NCBI GenBank assembly: GCA_964418755.1
Contig: CAYQNS010000002.1
Location: forward strand, 10,561-74,560
Origin: an uncultured Desulfobacteraceae bacterium
GTDB taxonomy: Bacteria; Desulfobacterota; Desulfobacteria; Desulfobacterales; 4572-123
Length of the DNA stretch: 64,000 bases
Reading direction: 5' to 3'
Each line of letters begins with the position of its first letter. Positions within the stretch are counted from its first letter, which is position 1. This document shows positions 6,454 to 17,089 of this stretch, piece after piece. The translations under genes were made by a program, and so were the position numbers. The notes beneath the pieces were generated by a model. The model saw only the letters and a program-made list of their open reading frames with translations. It was not told the DNA's origin and did no database searches.

Positions 6454-9126
6454 TCAACGGTTTCCATTCGGCCGGAAGCTCTCCGTCCGGACAGGTATTG
6501 CCGGTCCGGCCAGTATGTCCACCCGCCCCGTTCCGGGCCGTAAAGAAAAATTTACCTGACGGCAACTAAACCGTGTGCAGATTTTTTGATAAATTTTAGC
6601 AATAAATGCTTTGAAAAGAACTGGATCGGATCTGTCCGGGGAGAGAATCACGCTTTTGTTCAAGAACTCGTAATCCTCGTACAGCCGATCGATGGCCGGT
6701 GCATCGGCCACAGGATCGGAAATAACCACCGCGGTATCTATTTTTATGGTTTCCGCTGTCCCATCAGGCCCGGGCTGTTCTTCCGGCAGGGCGGCCACCT
6801 CTTGACCGGCCGTTCTGGATTTAAATTCCTTGATCAGCTCAATGGGTACTACCCGGATAATCTCGGAAAGGGTTGTCTGCCCCATTTTCAGCAGGCCGTC
6901 ATCAATCATGGTCCGCATACCGGCATTGAGGGCCAGTCGCTTAATTTCATTTTCAATGGCCCCCCTGCTGAGGGCACGAGCAATTTCCCGGGTAATTTCC
7001 AGCAGTTCCGAAATCAGGGTACGCCCCCGGTATCCTGTAAAATTACAGGCCTTGCAGCCAATTCCCTTGTAAAATGTCAAATGCTCCGGGTAGGTGTCAA
7101 ACAGAATGCTCCATTCCTCCTTCACCGGCCGGTATTCCCTTGCACAGACATCACACACCCTTCTTACCAGCCGCTGGGCCAGAACCCCCATGAGACCGGA
7201 AGCAATCTGATTCTGCTCGATATTCAGATCCAGAAGCCGGGTAATGGAACTGACCGCATCATTCGTATGAATAGTACTCAACAGCAAATGTCCGGTCTGG
7301 GCCGCATCAAAGGCAATCCGGGCTGTTTCTTCATCGCGTATCTCACCGATGAAGATAACATCCGGATCAAGCCGCAAAAAAGAACGCAGGAGCCTGGCAA
7401 AAGTCAGGTTGATTTTGGGCTTTATCTGAGTCTGCATGATCCCCGGAAAGTTGTATTCAATGGGATCCTCGGCTGTGATAATTTTAATGCCCGGATTATA
7501 AACATACTGGAGTGCACCGTAAAGGGTGGATGATTTCCCGCTGCCGGTAGGGCCCGACACCAGTACCATCCCGGCCGCACTTTTAAGAAACCGCTTCACA
7601 GGGTCTATAATATGCTGTGAATGGTTCAGCTTATCCAGCCCGACCCTGGCCTTGCGGGAATCAAGAATACGAATAGTGACATTCTCGCCGACAATGGCCG
7701 GGCAGGTAGCCACTCTGAAATCAAGGTCAAAGCGCTGCCGGCTGGTTCTGTCCAGATAGTTGATTCGAAATACGCCGTCCTGGGGCAGCCGCCGTTCGGC
7801 AATATCCAGGTCGGACATGATTTTAATCCGCGAAATAATAGCGCCGATCACCTCCTGAACCTTTTTATCCAGCCATTCCGGTTGAGCGTTCTGCAAAACA
7901 CCGTCGAGACGATAGCGCAGTCTGGCACCGGAACGATCCTGTTCGATATGAATATCACTGGCGTTATTGATGATGCCGAACTTGATGATATAATCGACTA
8001 CCTGTTTGGCTTCCATATCGGAAACCCCGTACAGGTTGGTCTTGCCGTCTTTGATATCCTCCTGCTGCAGATCGATATCAACAAGATCAACATCTTCCTG
8101 CAGGGATTTTTTTTCATCGGCAACCCTGAAACTTTTTATGCTTTTTCCGTATAACGTCCTGAAAAGGTTATAAAAATTTTCTTCCGTAACCAGCACAAGG
8201 TCGACTTTGAAACGTGAAAACAACGGCAACAGGTCCTGGTTATCCAGTATGTCGGCAGGATTGGTGACGGCCAGTTTGATTCGTCGATCTTTAAGGCCCA
8301 GGGGCAGCATCAGATTTTTTTCTGCAAACTTCAAACCGACGGTTTTGATCAGTTCTTTTTTTGATTTTTCGCTGAACTGAAACCCGACAAATTTTTTAAA
8401 TGGAATATTATACTGGCGCGAAAGGGCCGCACAGAGCTGCTCATGGGAAACAAACCCCTTGTCGATCATGATTCGGCCCAAAGGGTCGGTGCTGTGAATC
8501 TGCTCCTGAGTGACTTCCTGGTACTGCCCCTCATCAATAACACCCTGTCTCAGAAGAATTTCCCCGATTTTCAACTGTTTGCGGTATTTTTTAAGTACCC
8601 GGCCGAGATCAATGGAGCTGATGAGACCCATATCGCAAACAATCTCGCCGATGGTCCTTTGAAAATTTTTACCGGTAAGGGTTTCCTTAAGTTCGGTATC
8701 GCTGATCATATTCAGCTTACGGGCCAGATCTCCCAGTTGAATACCGCCGCGTTCCTGTTCGATCAGGCTATCCAGATCATCCCTTGAAATAGACCCCAGC
8801 CGCACCAGTGCATTTCCCGTCTGTTCTGTTTTTCGCCGGGCAAGGCGTGCCTCGTCCATCTGTTTTTGATTGATCAGGCCTTTTTCAATGGCCAGAATTT
8901 CGATATCCTTGCGCAGGTCGGGGTGTCCCAGCAGCATCTGCAGGTCTTCAGGAGAAATCAGTTTTTTGCGGATCAGGGTTTCCCCCATGGGAAGTTTGGC
9001 CGCCTCGGCTTCCTTTTGCTGGATTTTCAGTGCAGCATCAATATCCTCTTTTTTTAAATAACCTTCTTTGACCAGCAGTTCGCCGATCAGCAGTGGCGCG
9101 GTCGTGCCGTAACTTTTTTTTATCAT
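6454..9126 (-). CDS. GspE/PilB/MshE-family secretion ATPase with expanded N-terminal repeat region and C-terminal extension
   Basis: It has a Walker A (GPTGSGKSST), an Asp box/Walker B (DPDVIFIGEIRD), a His box (LLLSTIHTNDA) and a tetracysteine (CDVC...CKAC). The 890-aa length compares with about 570 aa for typical family members. Confidence 0.85.
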   Translation of the reverse strand: MIKKSYGTTAPLLIGELLVKEGYLKKEDIDAALKIQQKEAEAAKLPMGETLIRKKLISPEDLQMLLGHPDLRKDIEILAIEKGLINQKQMDEARLARRKTEQTGNALVRLGSISRDDLDSLIEQERGGIQLGDLARKLNMISDTELKETLTGKNFQRTIGEIVCDMGLISSIDLGRVLKKYRKQLKIGEILLRQGVIDEGQYQEVTQEQIHSTDPLGRIMIDKGFVSHEQLCAALSRQYNIPFKKFVGFQFSEKSKKELIKTVGLKFAEKNLMLPLGLKDRRIKLAVTNPADILDNQDLLPLFSRFKVDLVLVTEENFYNLFRTLYGKSIKSFRVADEKKSLQEDVDLVDIDLQQEDIKDGKTNLYGVSDMEAKQVVDYIIKFGIINNASDIHIEQDRSGARLRYRLDGVLQNAQPEWLDKKVQEVIGAIISRIKIMSDLDIAERRLPQDGVFRINYLDRTSRQRFDLDFRVATCPAIVGENVTIRILDSRKARVGLDKLNHSQHIIDPVKRFLKSAAGMVLVSGPTGSGKSSTLYGALQYVYNPGIKIITAEDPIEYNFPGIMQTQIKPKINLTFARLLRSFLRLDPDVIFIGEIRDEETARIAFDAAQTGHLLLSTIHTNDAVSSITRLLDLNIEQNQIASGLMGVLAQRLVRRVCDVCAREYRPVKEEWSILFDTYPEHLTFYKGIGCKACNFTGYRGRTLISELLEITREIARALSRGAIENEIKRLALNAGMRTMIDDGLLKMGQTTLSEIIRVVPIELIKEFKSRTAGQEVAALPEEQPGPDGTAETIKIDTAVVISDPVADAPAIDRLYEDYEFLNKSVILSPDRSDPVLFKAFIAKIYQKICTRFSCRQVNFSLRPGTGRVDILAGPAIPVRTESFRPNGNR

Positions 9127-9433
9127 GGTTCCCCGTTTTTTCGCTGCTGCAACCCCGTTGTTTGTAATGATTGATTATAGAAAAATGATGACACTGCTGT
9201 CAAGCTTTGCCCGGAACCTTAAACGAAATCCGGATAGGCAGTATCCAGTCACAACAGTTTGCAGGGGACAGATTGCGGGTCCTGAATTTCCAATTTCAAA
9301 TATTTTTATTTGCACCTGTTTTCCAAGATATTGCGTATATTGAGTTTAATTTTTATGAATTATTAAGAAAAAATGATAATTTTCGGTTTTTTTCTTGACA
9401 CTTTTGTCAAAATACGCTTTTTATACCTATAAA

Positions 9434-9458
9434 GTGGATTAAAGTGGATAAAGGTGGA
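9434..9458 (+). promoter_or_regulatory. putative MraZ operator: three GTGGA direct repeats at 10-bp phasing
   Basis: The sequence is aaaGTGGAtt aaaGTGGAta aagGTGGAct, ending 2 nt before the mraZ ATG. The last repeat doubles as the SD. TTGTCA (9403-9408) and TATAAA (9428-9433) lie just upstream with a suboptimal 19-nt spacer. Confidence 0.6.
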
Positions 9459-9460
9459 CT

Positions 9461-9907
9461 ATGTTTCGGGGCAGTTCATATCATAAAATCGATATTAAAG
9501 GAAGGGTTATCATTCCTGCCCGGTTTCGGGATGCCATAAAAACCGAAAACCGTAAAGGCGTCATGGTTTCCACATTTGACGGCAGTCTGGTTGCGTATCC
9601 TTATGCCGAATGGCAAAATGTGGAAAACAAGATACTTTCCCTGGCCCGGACCAGCGATACCATGCGCCGTTTTAGAAGAGTGTTTATCGGAGGGGCCTTT
9701 GATTGCTCCTGCGATAAACAGGATCGCATTTTACTTCCGCCAAGCCTGAGAGAATATGCCGACTTGAAAAAAGAAATCGTGCTGGTCGGCGTATTGAAAA
9801 TATTTGAAATCTGGTCCCGAGAAAAATGGGATGCGGAGCGTGCGAATCTGGACGAAGATTTTAAAAATGAGGAGGTCAGAAACGAAATTGCACAGTTAGG
9901 ACTCTGA
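9461..9907 (+). CDS. mraZ: transcriptional regulator MraZ
   Basis: It starts MFRGSSYHKIDIKGRVIIPARFR and has a second DRILLP SpoVT-AbrB repeat. It is the first gene of the dcw cluster. Confidence 0.95.
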   Translation: MFRGSSYHKIDIKGRVIIPARFRDAIKTENRKGVMVSTFDGSLVAYPYAEWQNVENKILSLARTSDTMRRFRRVFIGGAFDCSCDKQDRILLPPSLREYADLKKEIVLVGVLKIFEIWSREKWDAERANLDEDFKNEEVRNEIAQLGL

Positions 9908-9911
9908 TTCT

Positions 9912-10850
9912 ATGTCTTATCATCACATTCCCGTCATGCTTGATGAAGTGCTCGGATATCTGGACTGTCGACCGGGAAAAATTTATGTCGATTGCACTCT
10001 CGGCGGCTGTGGGCATACCCTCGCCATATTGTCGCGAATCATGCCCGAAGGCCGGCTTATCGGTCTGGATCAGGACCTTGATGCGATTCAAAATGCCCGT
10101 GAGGTATTACGGCCGTTTAAAAATAGCGTCCGCCTTTTTCATGCAAATTTTATCCGGCTTCCCGAGCTTCTTGCACAATCAGATATCTTGGCCGTGGACG
10201 GTATTCTTCTCGACCTCGGGCTCTCACTTCATCAGCTTGAATCCAGCGGCCGGGGTTTCAGTTTTCTTAAAGATGAGCCCCTGGACATGCGAATGGACAT
10301 CCGTTCTTCAACCAGTGCCGGGGATCTGATCAACAGTATGCCGGAAAAAGAACTTGCCCGAATTCTCCGGCAATACGGAGAAGAGCGTATGTCACGAAAA
10401 ATCGCCCGCAAAATCATAGCCGTAAGACAACAGGCGCCGATCACCACCAGCAGACAACTGGCGGAACTGATATGCAGTGTCGTTCCGATCGGAGCAGGGG
10501 CAAAGCACCGGATTCATCCGGCCACACGTACGTTTATGGCGCTGAGAATTGCCGTCAACAAAGAACTTGAAAGGCTCGATGCATTTATGCAGGCTGCCGC
10601 AGATCTACTCACGCCCGGCGGACGTCTGTGCGTGTTGTCGTTTCATTCGCTGGAAGACAGGATTGTCAAACACAGTCTGAAGAATATGGAAAACGCATGC
10701 ATCTGTCCGCCGGATTTCCCCCAATGTGTCTGCAACAAGCAAAAGACAATGCGTGTGTTGACACGCCGGACTGTCCGCCCCACAGATGCGGAGATTCGAG
10801 AAAACCGGATGGCACGATCAACAAAATTGAGAGCTGCTGAAAAAATTTAA
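9912..10850 (+). CDS. rsmH: 16S rRNA (cytosine1402-N4)-methyltransferase
   Basis: It contains HIPVMLDEVL...DCTLGGCGH...DLGLS..QL and sits in the position after mraZ. Confidence 0.95.
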   Translation: MSYHHIPVMLDEVLGYLDCRPGKIYVDCTLGGCGHTLAILSRIMPEGRLIGLDQDLDAIQNAREVLRPFKNSVRLFHANFIRLPELLAQSDILAVDGILLDLGLSLHQLESSGRGFSFLKDEPLDMRMDIRSSTSAGDLINSMPEKELARILRQYGEERMSRKIARKIIAVRQQAPITTSRQLAELICSVVPIGAGAKHRIHPATRTFMALRIAVNKELERLDAFMQAAADLLTPGGRLCVLSFHSLEDRIVKHSLKNMENACICPPDFPQCVCNKQKTMRVLTRRTVRPTDAEIRENRMARSTKLRAAEKI

Positions 10851-10859
10851 AGGTTCCCG

Positions 10860-11156
10860 ATGGCGCCCAAAAAGCTAAAATCTTCCAAGCATCAGAGTTA
10901 TACATGGGTCTGGATCGTTTTCATGGCGCTGTTTATGGTCGAGCTTTATTCCTATACTTGGTGTCGGGTTCAGTGCACCCGGGTCGGCTATGAGATATCC
11001 AACGCTACTGCCGATCACAAGGAGGAACTGGCCATCCGAAATAACCTGAAAATCGAACTGGCTCGGCTGAAATCTCCGCAACGGATTGCCCGTATTGCCA
11101 GAGAACAATTGGGGCTGATTACCCCGAAACCGGAACAGACGATTATTATTCCATGA
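10860..11156 (+). CDS. ftsL: cell division protein FtsL
   Basis: The 98-aa product has a single TM helix followed by a coiled-coil segment. It occupies the conserved slot between rsmH and ftsI. Confidence 0.7.
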   Translation: MAPKKLKSSKHQSYTWVWIVFMALFMVELYSYTWCRVQCTRVGYEISNATADHKEELAIRNNLKIELARLKSPQRIARIAREQLGLITPKPEQTIIIP

Positions 11157-12889
11157 CTGCCGTCGAAAAAAAACATATCCGAGTACGCCTGATTCTGATC
11201 GGCATCGTTTTCACCATGCTTTTCGGGGCCATCGGCACCAAAGCCGCCTATCTGCAAATTTTCCGCACTTCCTGGCTATCCCGCAAAGCTGCCGACCAAT
11301 ACACACTGGACCTGGTGAGACACGGTCGCCGCGGAACCATATATGACGCAAACCATATTGAAATGGCGATCAGCATCGACACTACCTCGATTGCCGCTTA
11401 CCCTCGGATGATTCCAAATCCCGTCCAGACCGCCGCAGTCCTGGCCAAAGCACTTAATCTCAACCATGGGGCTGTAAAGCGCAAACTGGCATCCAAACGA
11501 TCTTTTGTCTGGATCAAACGACAGGTCACACCCAGGGAACGCAAGGCGGTATCGGCCCTGAAAATTACGGGAATCGATTTTATCCCGGCCTATGGCCGGT
11601 TTTATCCCAATCGCGGCCTGGCCGCATCGGTCCTGGGTTTTTCCGGAACCGAAGGGCGCGGGCTGGAAGGCCTTGAATATCGTTATGAAAATTATCTAAA
11701 AGGTCCGACCCACAAGGTAACGGTCCTGAAAGACGCCCTGGGACGCGGCTTTGATGCGGAAAAAGAGAGCCGTGTCAGTAACGGTGGTGACAACCTGGTC
11801 CTGACCATCGACCGGAATATTCAGTATATTGCGGAAAATGCACTGCAGGAAGCCGTTGCCCGTTTTTCCGCCCGTTCAGGCATGGCCATTGTCATGGTGC
11901 CCCGGAGTGGCGCCATCCTGGCCCTGGCGCAGTGTCCAAGGTTCAATCCCAATGCCTTTGCCGGCTATGATAAAGGGCTGTGGCGCAACCGGGCCATAAC
12001 CGATCCGTTTGAACCGGGCTCCACCATGAAGATATTCAGTGCCGCTGCCGCCATCGAATCCAGGACCTGCACCTCCAATACCATATTTTTCTGTGAAAAC
12101 GGTTCATTCAGAATTGGCAAACACACGGTCCATGATACCCATGCCCATGACTGGCTTTCTCTGCAGCAGATCGTAAAATATTCGAGCAATATCGGGGCCG
12201 TCAAGGTGGGCCGGAGCATCGGCCCGGAAGTTCTCTATAAAACGTTACGAGATTTCGGTTTCGGCCGCAAGACAGGCATTGACTGTCCCGGAGAAACAGC
12301 CGGGAGCCTGTCTTCATGGAAACAATGGTCAGGCATCGATGCCGGTGCCATTGCCTTTGGTCAGGGCCTGGCGGTATCGGCTGTACAGCTTGCGACCGCT
12401 GTTTCGGCTATTGCCAACGACGGCATACTGATGAAACCCTATATTGTCCAGGCCGTAACCGATCAAAACGGACGACTGGTTAAAAATATATCGCCCCGGG
12501 AAGTCCGGCGGGTTGTTTCGCCGGAAACGGCCCGTACGGTGAGAAGAATCCTGCAGACCGTCACCACCAGCGGCGGCACCGGCGTACAGGCCGCACTGGA
12601 TGGCTATACGGTTTGCGGCAAAACCGGTACCGCGCAAAAGGTCGACCGCACCGGGGCATATTCCAAGAGGAAATATGTTGCTTCCTTTGTCGGTTTTGCA
12701 CCGGCCCGAGCCCCCGAGCTGACCATTCTGGTAATTGTCGATGAACCGGAGAAACAACATTACGGCGGTATTGTGGCTGCCCCGGTATTCAAAAAAATTG
12801 CCGAAGAATCCCTGAACTACCTGAATATCCCGTTTCAGAAACCGGAAACGCCCCTAAGGGCCGCTCAAACAGGGGAGATGAGGGGATGA
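11153..12889 (+). CDS. ftsI: class B penicillin-binding protein / peptidoglycan D,D-transpeptidase FtsI
   Basis: It has an N-terminal TM helix and the SxxK (GSTMKIF), SxN (YSSNIG) and KTG (GKTGTA) motifs. Confidence 0.9.
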   Translation: MTAVEKKHIRVRLILIGIVFTMLFGAIGTKAAYLQIFRTSWLSRKAADQYTLDLVRHGRRGTIYDANHIEMAISIDTTSIAAYPRMIPNPVQTAAVLAKALNLNHGAVKRKLASKRSFVWIKRQVTPRERKAVSALKITGIDFIPAYGRFYPNRGLAASVLGFSGTEGRGLEGLEYRYENYLKGPTHKVTVLKDALGRGFDAEKESRVSNGGDNLVLTIDRNIQYIAENALQEAVARFSARSGMAIVMVPRSGAILALAQCPRFNPNAFAGYDKGLWRNRAITDPFEPGSTMKIFSAAAAIESRTCTSNTIFFCENGSFRIGKHTVHDTHAHDWLSLQQIVKYSSNIGAVKVGRSIGPEVLYKTLRDFGFGRKTGIDCPGETAGSLSSWKQWSGIDAGAIAFGQGLAVSAVQLATAVSAIANDGILMKPYIVQAVTDQNGRLVKNISPREVRRVVSPETARTVRRILQTVTTSGGTGVQAALDGYTVCGKTGTAQKVDRTGAYSKRKYVASFVGFAPARAPELTILVIVDEPEKQHYGGIVAAPVFKKIAEESLNYLNIPFQKPETPLRAAQTGEMRG

Positions 12890-14439
12890 AACTTTCAAAT
12901 CTGCTTAAAACCGCCCAGCCACTGATAGATGAAACGCCTATCTGTCACCCGGCCCTTTCCATCGCCCATGACCCGGATATCCGATCCATTCACTACCGGG
13001 CCCAAGAGGTCACTCCCGGTGGTCTGTTTGCAGCCGTACCCGGCCTTGCGGCCGACGGCCATAATTTTATCGACCATGCCCTGGCACGGGGCGCAGCGGC
13101 GATACTGACTCAAAAAACAATACCCCGTAACACCACCGCTGTCACCGTTTCCAACACACGCAAGGCCCTGGGCGGCATATCCAGCGCCTTTTTCGGCCGG
13201 CCGTCTGAACGCCTGTGTATCATCGGCATCACCGGCACCAACGGCAAAACCACCACCGCCTACCTGGTTGAAAGCATCCTTGCCGCAGCCGGGCACAAGG
13301 TGGGCCTTATCGGCACCATTGACTATCATTATGACGGCAGAATCTACCCTAATCCCGTCACCACTCCGGAATCTCTGGATATTCAGCGTATCCTGTCTGA
13401 AATGCTGGTATGCGGCGTAACGCATGTGGTTATGGAAATTTCATCCCATGCCATCGATCTTTTGCGTATCTGCGCCTGCTACCTGGATGTCGGCGTATTT
13501 ACGAACCTGAGCCAGGATCATCTGGATTACCATAGAAACATGGATGCCTACTGGCAGTGCAAAAAGAGGCTGTTTACCACATTTTTAAACCGGGGGCCAA
13601 AAAAAAACAGGGCCCGTGCAGTCATCAACATCGATAATGAAAAGGGACGGGACCTGCTGGGGATACTTGATATGCAGTGCATTGGAGCGGGCAGTCGAGA
13701 AGGTGCCGTAATCCGGCCGGCAGACATCTCCCACGCACTTGAAGGGGTTGACGGCAAAATCCATACTCCTGCCGGAACTTTGACATTCAGCTCCCCTCTG
13801 GTGGGCCGCCACAACCTGGAGAATATTCTATGTGCCGCCGGCGTGGGGATCGCTCTTGAAATGGGTCTTGAATCCATCCGGGAGGGGATCGAAAACTTGC
13901 CGTATGTACCCGGCCGTCTCGAACCGGTTGCCCGCGGCAATTGGAATCGATTTGTGTATGTGGACTATGCCCATACGCCGGATGCTCTGGAAAATGTAAT
14001 TCTTGCAATCAGGGCGGTCACTTCATGCCGTATTATCTGTATTTTCGGCTGCGGTGGTGACCGGGACCGTACAAAACGGCCCCAAATGGGTGAAATCGCA
14101 GGCCGGTTGTGTGATCTTTCCGTGATTACATCGGATAATCCCCGCACGGAAAACCCTATTGACATCATTGACGAGATTGTCGAGGGGATCCGTAAAACAG
14201 CTTCCGGAGTGTACCGGCCGGCCAATCTTCAAAACGGGTTTGTCAAAAAAGGATATATTGTTGAAGCGGATCGGAGCCGGGCCATTGATATCGGCATCCG
14301 GGCTTCACGTTCCGGGGATGTCGTGCTGATCGCAGGCAAGGGTCATGAAAACTACCAGGTGATCGGTAAACGAGCTATTGAGTTCGATGATAAACGGATG
14401 GCTGAAACAACGATCGGCAAATTTCGGTCGTTGAAATAG
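12886..14439 (+). CDS. murE: UDP-N-acetylmuramoyl-L-alanyl-D-glutamate--2,6-diaminopimelate ligase
   Basis: It has the Mur ligase P-loop GITGTNGKTTT and a DNPR motif (TSDNPRTE) typical of meso-DAP-adding MurE. Confidence 0.93.
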   Translation: MKLSNLLKTAQPLIDETPICHPALSIAHDPDIRSIHYRAQEVTPGGLFAAVPGLAADGHNFIDHALARGAAAILTQKTIPRNTTAVTVSNTRKALGGISSAFFGRPSERLCIIGITGTNGKTTTAYLVESILAAAGHKVGLIGTIDYHYDGRIYPNPVTTPESLDIQRILSEMLVCGVTHVVMEISSHAIDLLRICACYLDVGVFTNLSQDHLDYHRNMDAYWQCKKRLFTTFLNRGPKKNRARAVINIDNEKGRDLLGILDMQCIGAGSREGAVIRPADISHALEGVDGKIHTPAGTLTFSSPLVGRHNLENILCAAGVGIALEMGLESIREGIENLPYVPGRLEPVARGNWNRFVYVDYAHTPDALENVILAIRAVTSCRIICIFGCGGDRDRTKRPQMGEIAGRLCDLSVITSDNPRTENPIDIIDEIVEGIRKTASGVYRPANLQNGFVKKGYIVEADRSRAIDIGIRASRSGDVVLIAGKGHENYQVIGKRAIEFDDKRMAETTIGKFRSLK

Positions 14440-14460
14440 ACAGAATACCTTTTATGGCTG

Positions 14461-15921
14461 TTGAGCGACATAAAGGGGCAGGGTTACATAATAAAAATGG
14501 CAAAAAACACAAATCTCATCCCATGGTCTGTTCAGGATGTCCTCGATGCTACCGGAGGCATCCTGGTTTCCGGATCACGAAATCACAATTTCGGAGGCGT
14601 CGGTATTGACTCGCGCACGATCACGAGCGTGGACTTGTTTGTTGCCATAGAAGGGGATCGCCATGATGGACATTGTTTTGCCACTGATTTAATCGACTCG
14701 GGGGTTCACGGTCTGGTAGCCGCTCGGGATAAAATCGACACCCTGCCCTGCAGCCGGTGGCAAAAGCAGGGTGTTGTCTGTATTGCGGTGGATGATACGA
14801 CCCGTGCCCTGGGGGATATGGCCGCATTCAACCGGAAGCGGGCCCATGTTTCGGTGGTTGCCGTCACCGGGTCAAACGGGAAAACTTCCACCCGGGCCAT
14901 GATAACCGCCGTCATTGCCGGGCGCCATGCCACCCTGGTGCCGGAGGATAATTTTAATAATGAAATCGGATTGCCCCTCACCCTTTTACAACTGACCCCG
15001 GCACATCGATGGGCTGTTATGGAACTGGGCATGAATCATTTCGGAGAGATCCGGCGTCTGGCTGAAATCTGTTCGCCGGACATGGGCATTATCACCAATA
15101 TCGGGCCGGCCCATCTGGAGGGACTGGGTTCTATCGACGGCGTCATGCAGGCCAAGGCCGAGCTGCTTGAAAAAATCAAACCGGGGGGGATCATTATTTT
15201 AAATGCCGACGATCCCAGAACCCTGCAAATGGCCCCAAAACAGGTGCTTGAGGTACTTTTATTCGGAATGGGGGCAAATGCGGACATCAAGGGCAAAGCC
15301 ATGGGTGCACCAAACCGAAAAAATTCTTTTATACTTGCACTGCCGGCGGAAGAAATTCGTATTGACCTTCAGGTCCATGGTGATTTCATGATTGCCAACG
15401 CCCTGGCAGCTGCAGCCGTGGGGTATCAACTGGGATTTTCGGCCGACGAAATCAAAACCGGTCTGGAAAGTTTTCAGCCCGTGTCCGGACGCATGAATGT
15501 TATGCAGACATCCATGGGGCTGAATATTATCGATGATACCTACAATGCCAACCCGGGCTCAATGGCGGCCGCCATAAAGACCCTTATGGTATTGGCTGCC
15601 GGAAATCCTGCCATCATGGTTGCCGGGGATATGCTTGAACTCGGCGATCAAGCAACGTCGCTTCATTTTGAAATCGGGGGTAAAGCCGCCTGTGAAGGGA
15701 TTGGCCGCCTTTACAGTACCGGTTCTTTTTCACAGGTCATTGCCGACGGTGCCCTTGCACAAGGCATGGATGCAGGCAATATTTTTATCGGCAGCCAGGC
15801 GGAAATCATCAATGACCTCCAGCAATACCTGCGCCCGGACCACTGGGTACTGGTAAAAGGATCCCGGGGAATGGCCCTGGAAAGAACAGTCAGAGAAATC
15901 AGGAACTGGGCAAATAAATAA
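14461..15921 (+). CDS. murF: UDP-N-acetylmuramoyl-tripeptide--D-alanyl-D-alanine ligase
   Basis: It has the Mur ligase P-loop [10 protein letters not shown] and follows murE. The TTG start at 14461 may really be ATG 14497 (MAKNTNL). Confidence 0.9.
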   Translation: MSDIKGQGYIIKMAKNTNLIPWSVQDVLDATGGILVSGSRNHNFGGVGIDSRTITSVDLFVAIEGDRHDGHCFATDLIDSGVHGLVAARDKIDTLPCSRWQKQGVVCIAVDDTTRALGDMAAFNRKRAHVSVVAVTGSNGKTSTRAMITAVIAGRHATLVPEDNFNNEIGLPLTLLQLTPAHRWAVMELGMNHFGEIRRLAEICSPDMGIITNIGPAHLEGLGSIDGVMQAKAELLEKIKPGGIIILNADDPRTLQMAPKQVLEVLLFGMGANADIKGKAMGAPNRKNSFILALPAEEIRIDLQVHGDFMIANALAAAAVGYQLGFSADEIKTGLESFQPVSGRMNVMQTSMGLNIIDDTYNANPGSMAAAIKTLMVLAAGNPAIMVAGDMLELGDQATSLHFEIGGKAACEGIGRLYSTGSFSQVIADGALAQGMDAGNIFIGSQAEIINDLQQYLRPDHWVLVKGSRGMALERTVREIRNWANK

Positions 15922-17000
15922 TGGTTTATCATTTTCTATATCCGCTGCACACTATTTTTTCGGGCTTCAATGTATTCCGGTACATTACCTTCAGGACCAT
16001 CTGCGCCGGCCTTACCGCCCTGCTGATCTGTTTTTTTCTGGGTCCCTGGGTCATCCGAAAACTTTCGGCCCTGCAGGTGAGGCAATATATCCGGGATGAT
16101 GGACCGCAAACCCATCTGAAAAAGGCCGGCACGCCCACCATGGGCGGCATACTGATCATCTCTTCGGTGACTGTATCCGCACTGCTGTGGAGCGATCTGT
16201 CCAACTATTTTATCTGGATTGTTTTACTGGTCACCCTCGGCTTTAGCGGGGTGGGGTTTATTGATGATTACCTGATGCAGATAAAAAAGCAGAGCAAGGG
16301 CTTGAGTGCCCGCAACAAGCTGGCCCTGCAGATTGTTATCGCCCTTCTGGCCGGGGTTCTGGTTTATGTCAACCCGGGCTTTGATACCCGTGTCACGCTG
16401 CCGTTTTTTAAAAATATTTCACCGAATCTTGACTGGGGATATATTTTCTTTGCGGCCCTTGTGATCGTGGGGGCCTCCAACGCCGTCAACCTGACCGACG
16501 GACTGGACGGACTGGCCATCGGCCCGGTAATTGTGGCCGCCGGCACCTATATGATTTTTGCCTACATTGCCGGGCATGTAAAAATAGCCGGCTATCTCCA
16601 GGTCAGCTATATTGCCGGCGGCGGGGAAATAGCGGTTTTCTGCGGTGCTCTGGCCGGGGCTGGGATGGGATTTTTATGGTTCAATGCTTATCCGGCCCAG
16701 ATTTTCATGGGGGATGTGGGTTCACTGCCGCTGGGAGCTGCCCTGGGAACAGTTGCGGTTATCACCAAACAGGAGATCCTCCTTGTGCTGGTAGGGGGCC
16801 TGTTCGTGATCGAGGCCCTGTCGGTTATTTTTCAGGTAAGCTTTTTCAAGGCCACACATGGCCGCAGAATTTTTAAAATGGCGCCGCTGCACCATCATTT
16901 TGAATTAAAAGGCTGGCCCGAACCCAAAGTGATCGTCCGGTTCTGGATCATCGCCATTACCCTGGCGCTGATTTCCATGAGTACATTGAAACTCAGGTAG
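15921..17000 (+). CDS. mraY: phospho-N-acetylmuramoyl-pentapeptide transferase
   Basis: The 359-aa polytopic membrane protein carries [13 protein letters not shown] and HHHFE motifs. Confidence 0.95.
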   Translation: MVYHFLYPLHTIFSGFNVFRYITFRTICAGLTALLICFFLGPWVIRKLSALQVRQYIRDDGPQTHLKKAGTPTMGGILIISSVTVSALLWSDLSNYFIWIVLLVTLGFSGVGFIDDYLMQIKKQSKGLSARNKLALQIVIALLAGVLVYVNPGFDTRVTLPFFKNISPNLDWGYIFFAALVIVGASNAVNLTDGLDGLAIGPVIVAAGTYMIFAYIAGHVKIAGYLQVSYIAGGGEIAVFCGALAGAGMGFLWFNAYPAQIFMGDVGSLPLGAALGTVAVITKQEILLVLVGGLFVIEALSVIFQVSFFKATHGRRIFKMAPLHHHFELKGWPEPKVIVRFWIIAITLALISMSTLKLR

Positions 17001-17058
17001 GGGTTAAATGAAAATTATGAATTATAAATACGGACTGATGAATAAAGTAGCAGGTAGA

Positions 17059-17089
17059 ATCGTAGGGTGGGCTGTGCCCACCAATAGAC
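17059..17089. repeat. REP-like palindromic element atcgtagGGTGGGCtgtGCCCACCaatagac (copy 1)
   Basis: It has a 7-bp perfect palindrome core. A near-identical 32-nt copy lies at 39031-39062. It sits in the only large gap (136 nt) inside the dcw operon. Confidence 0.8.
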
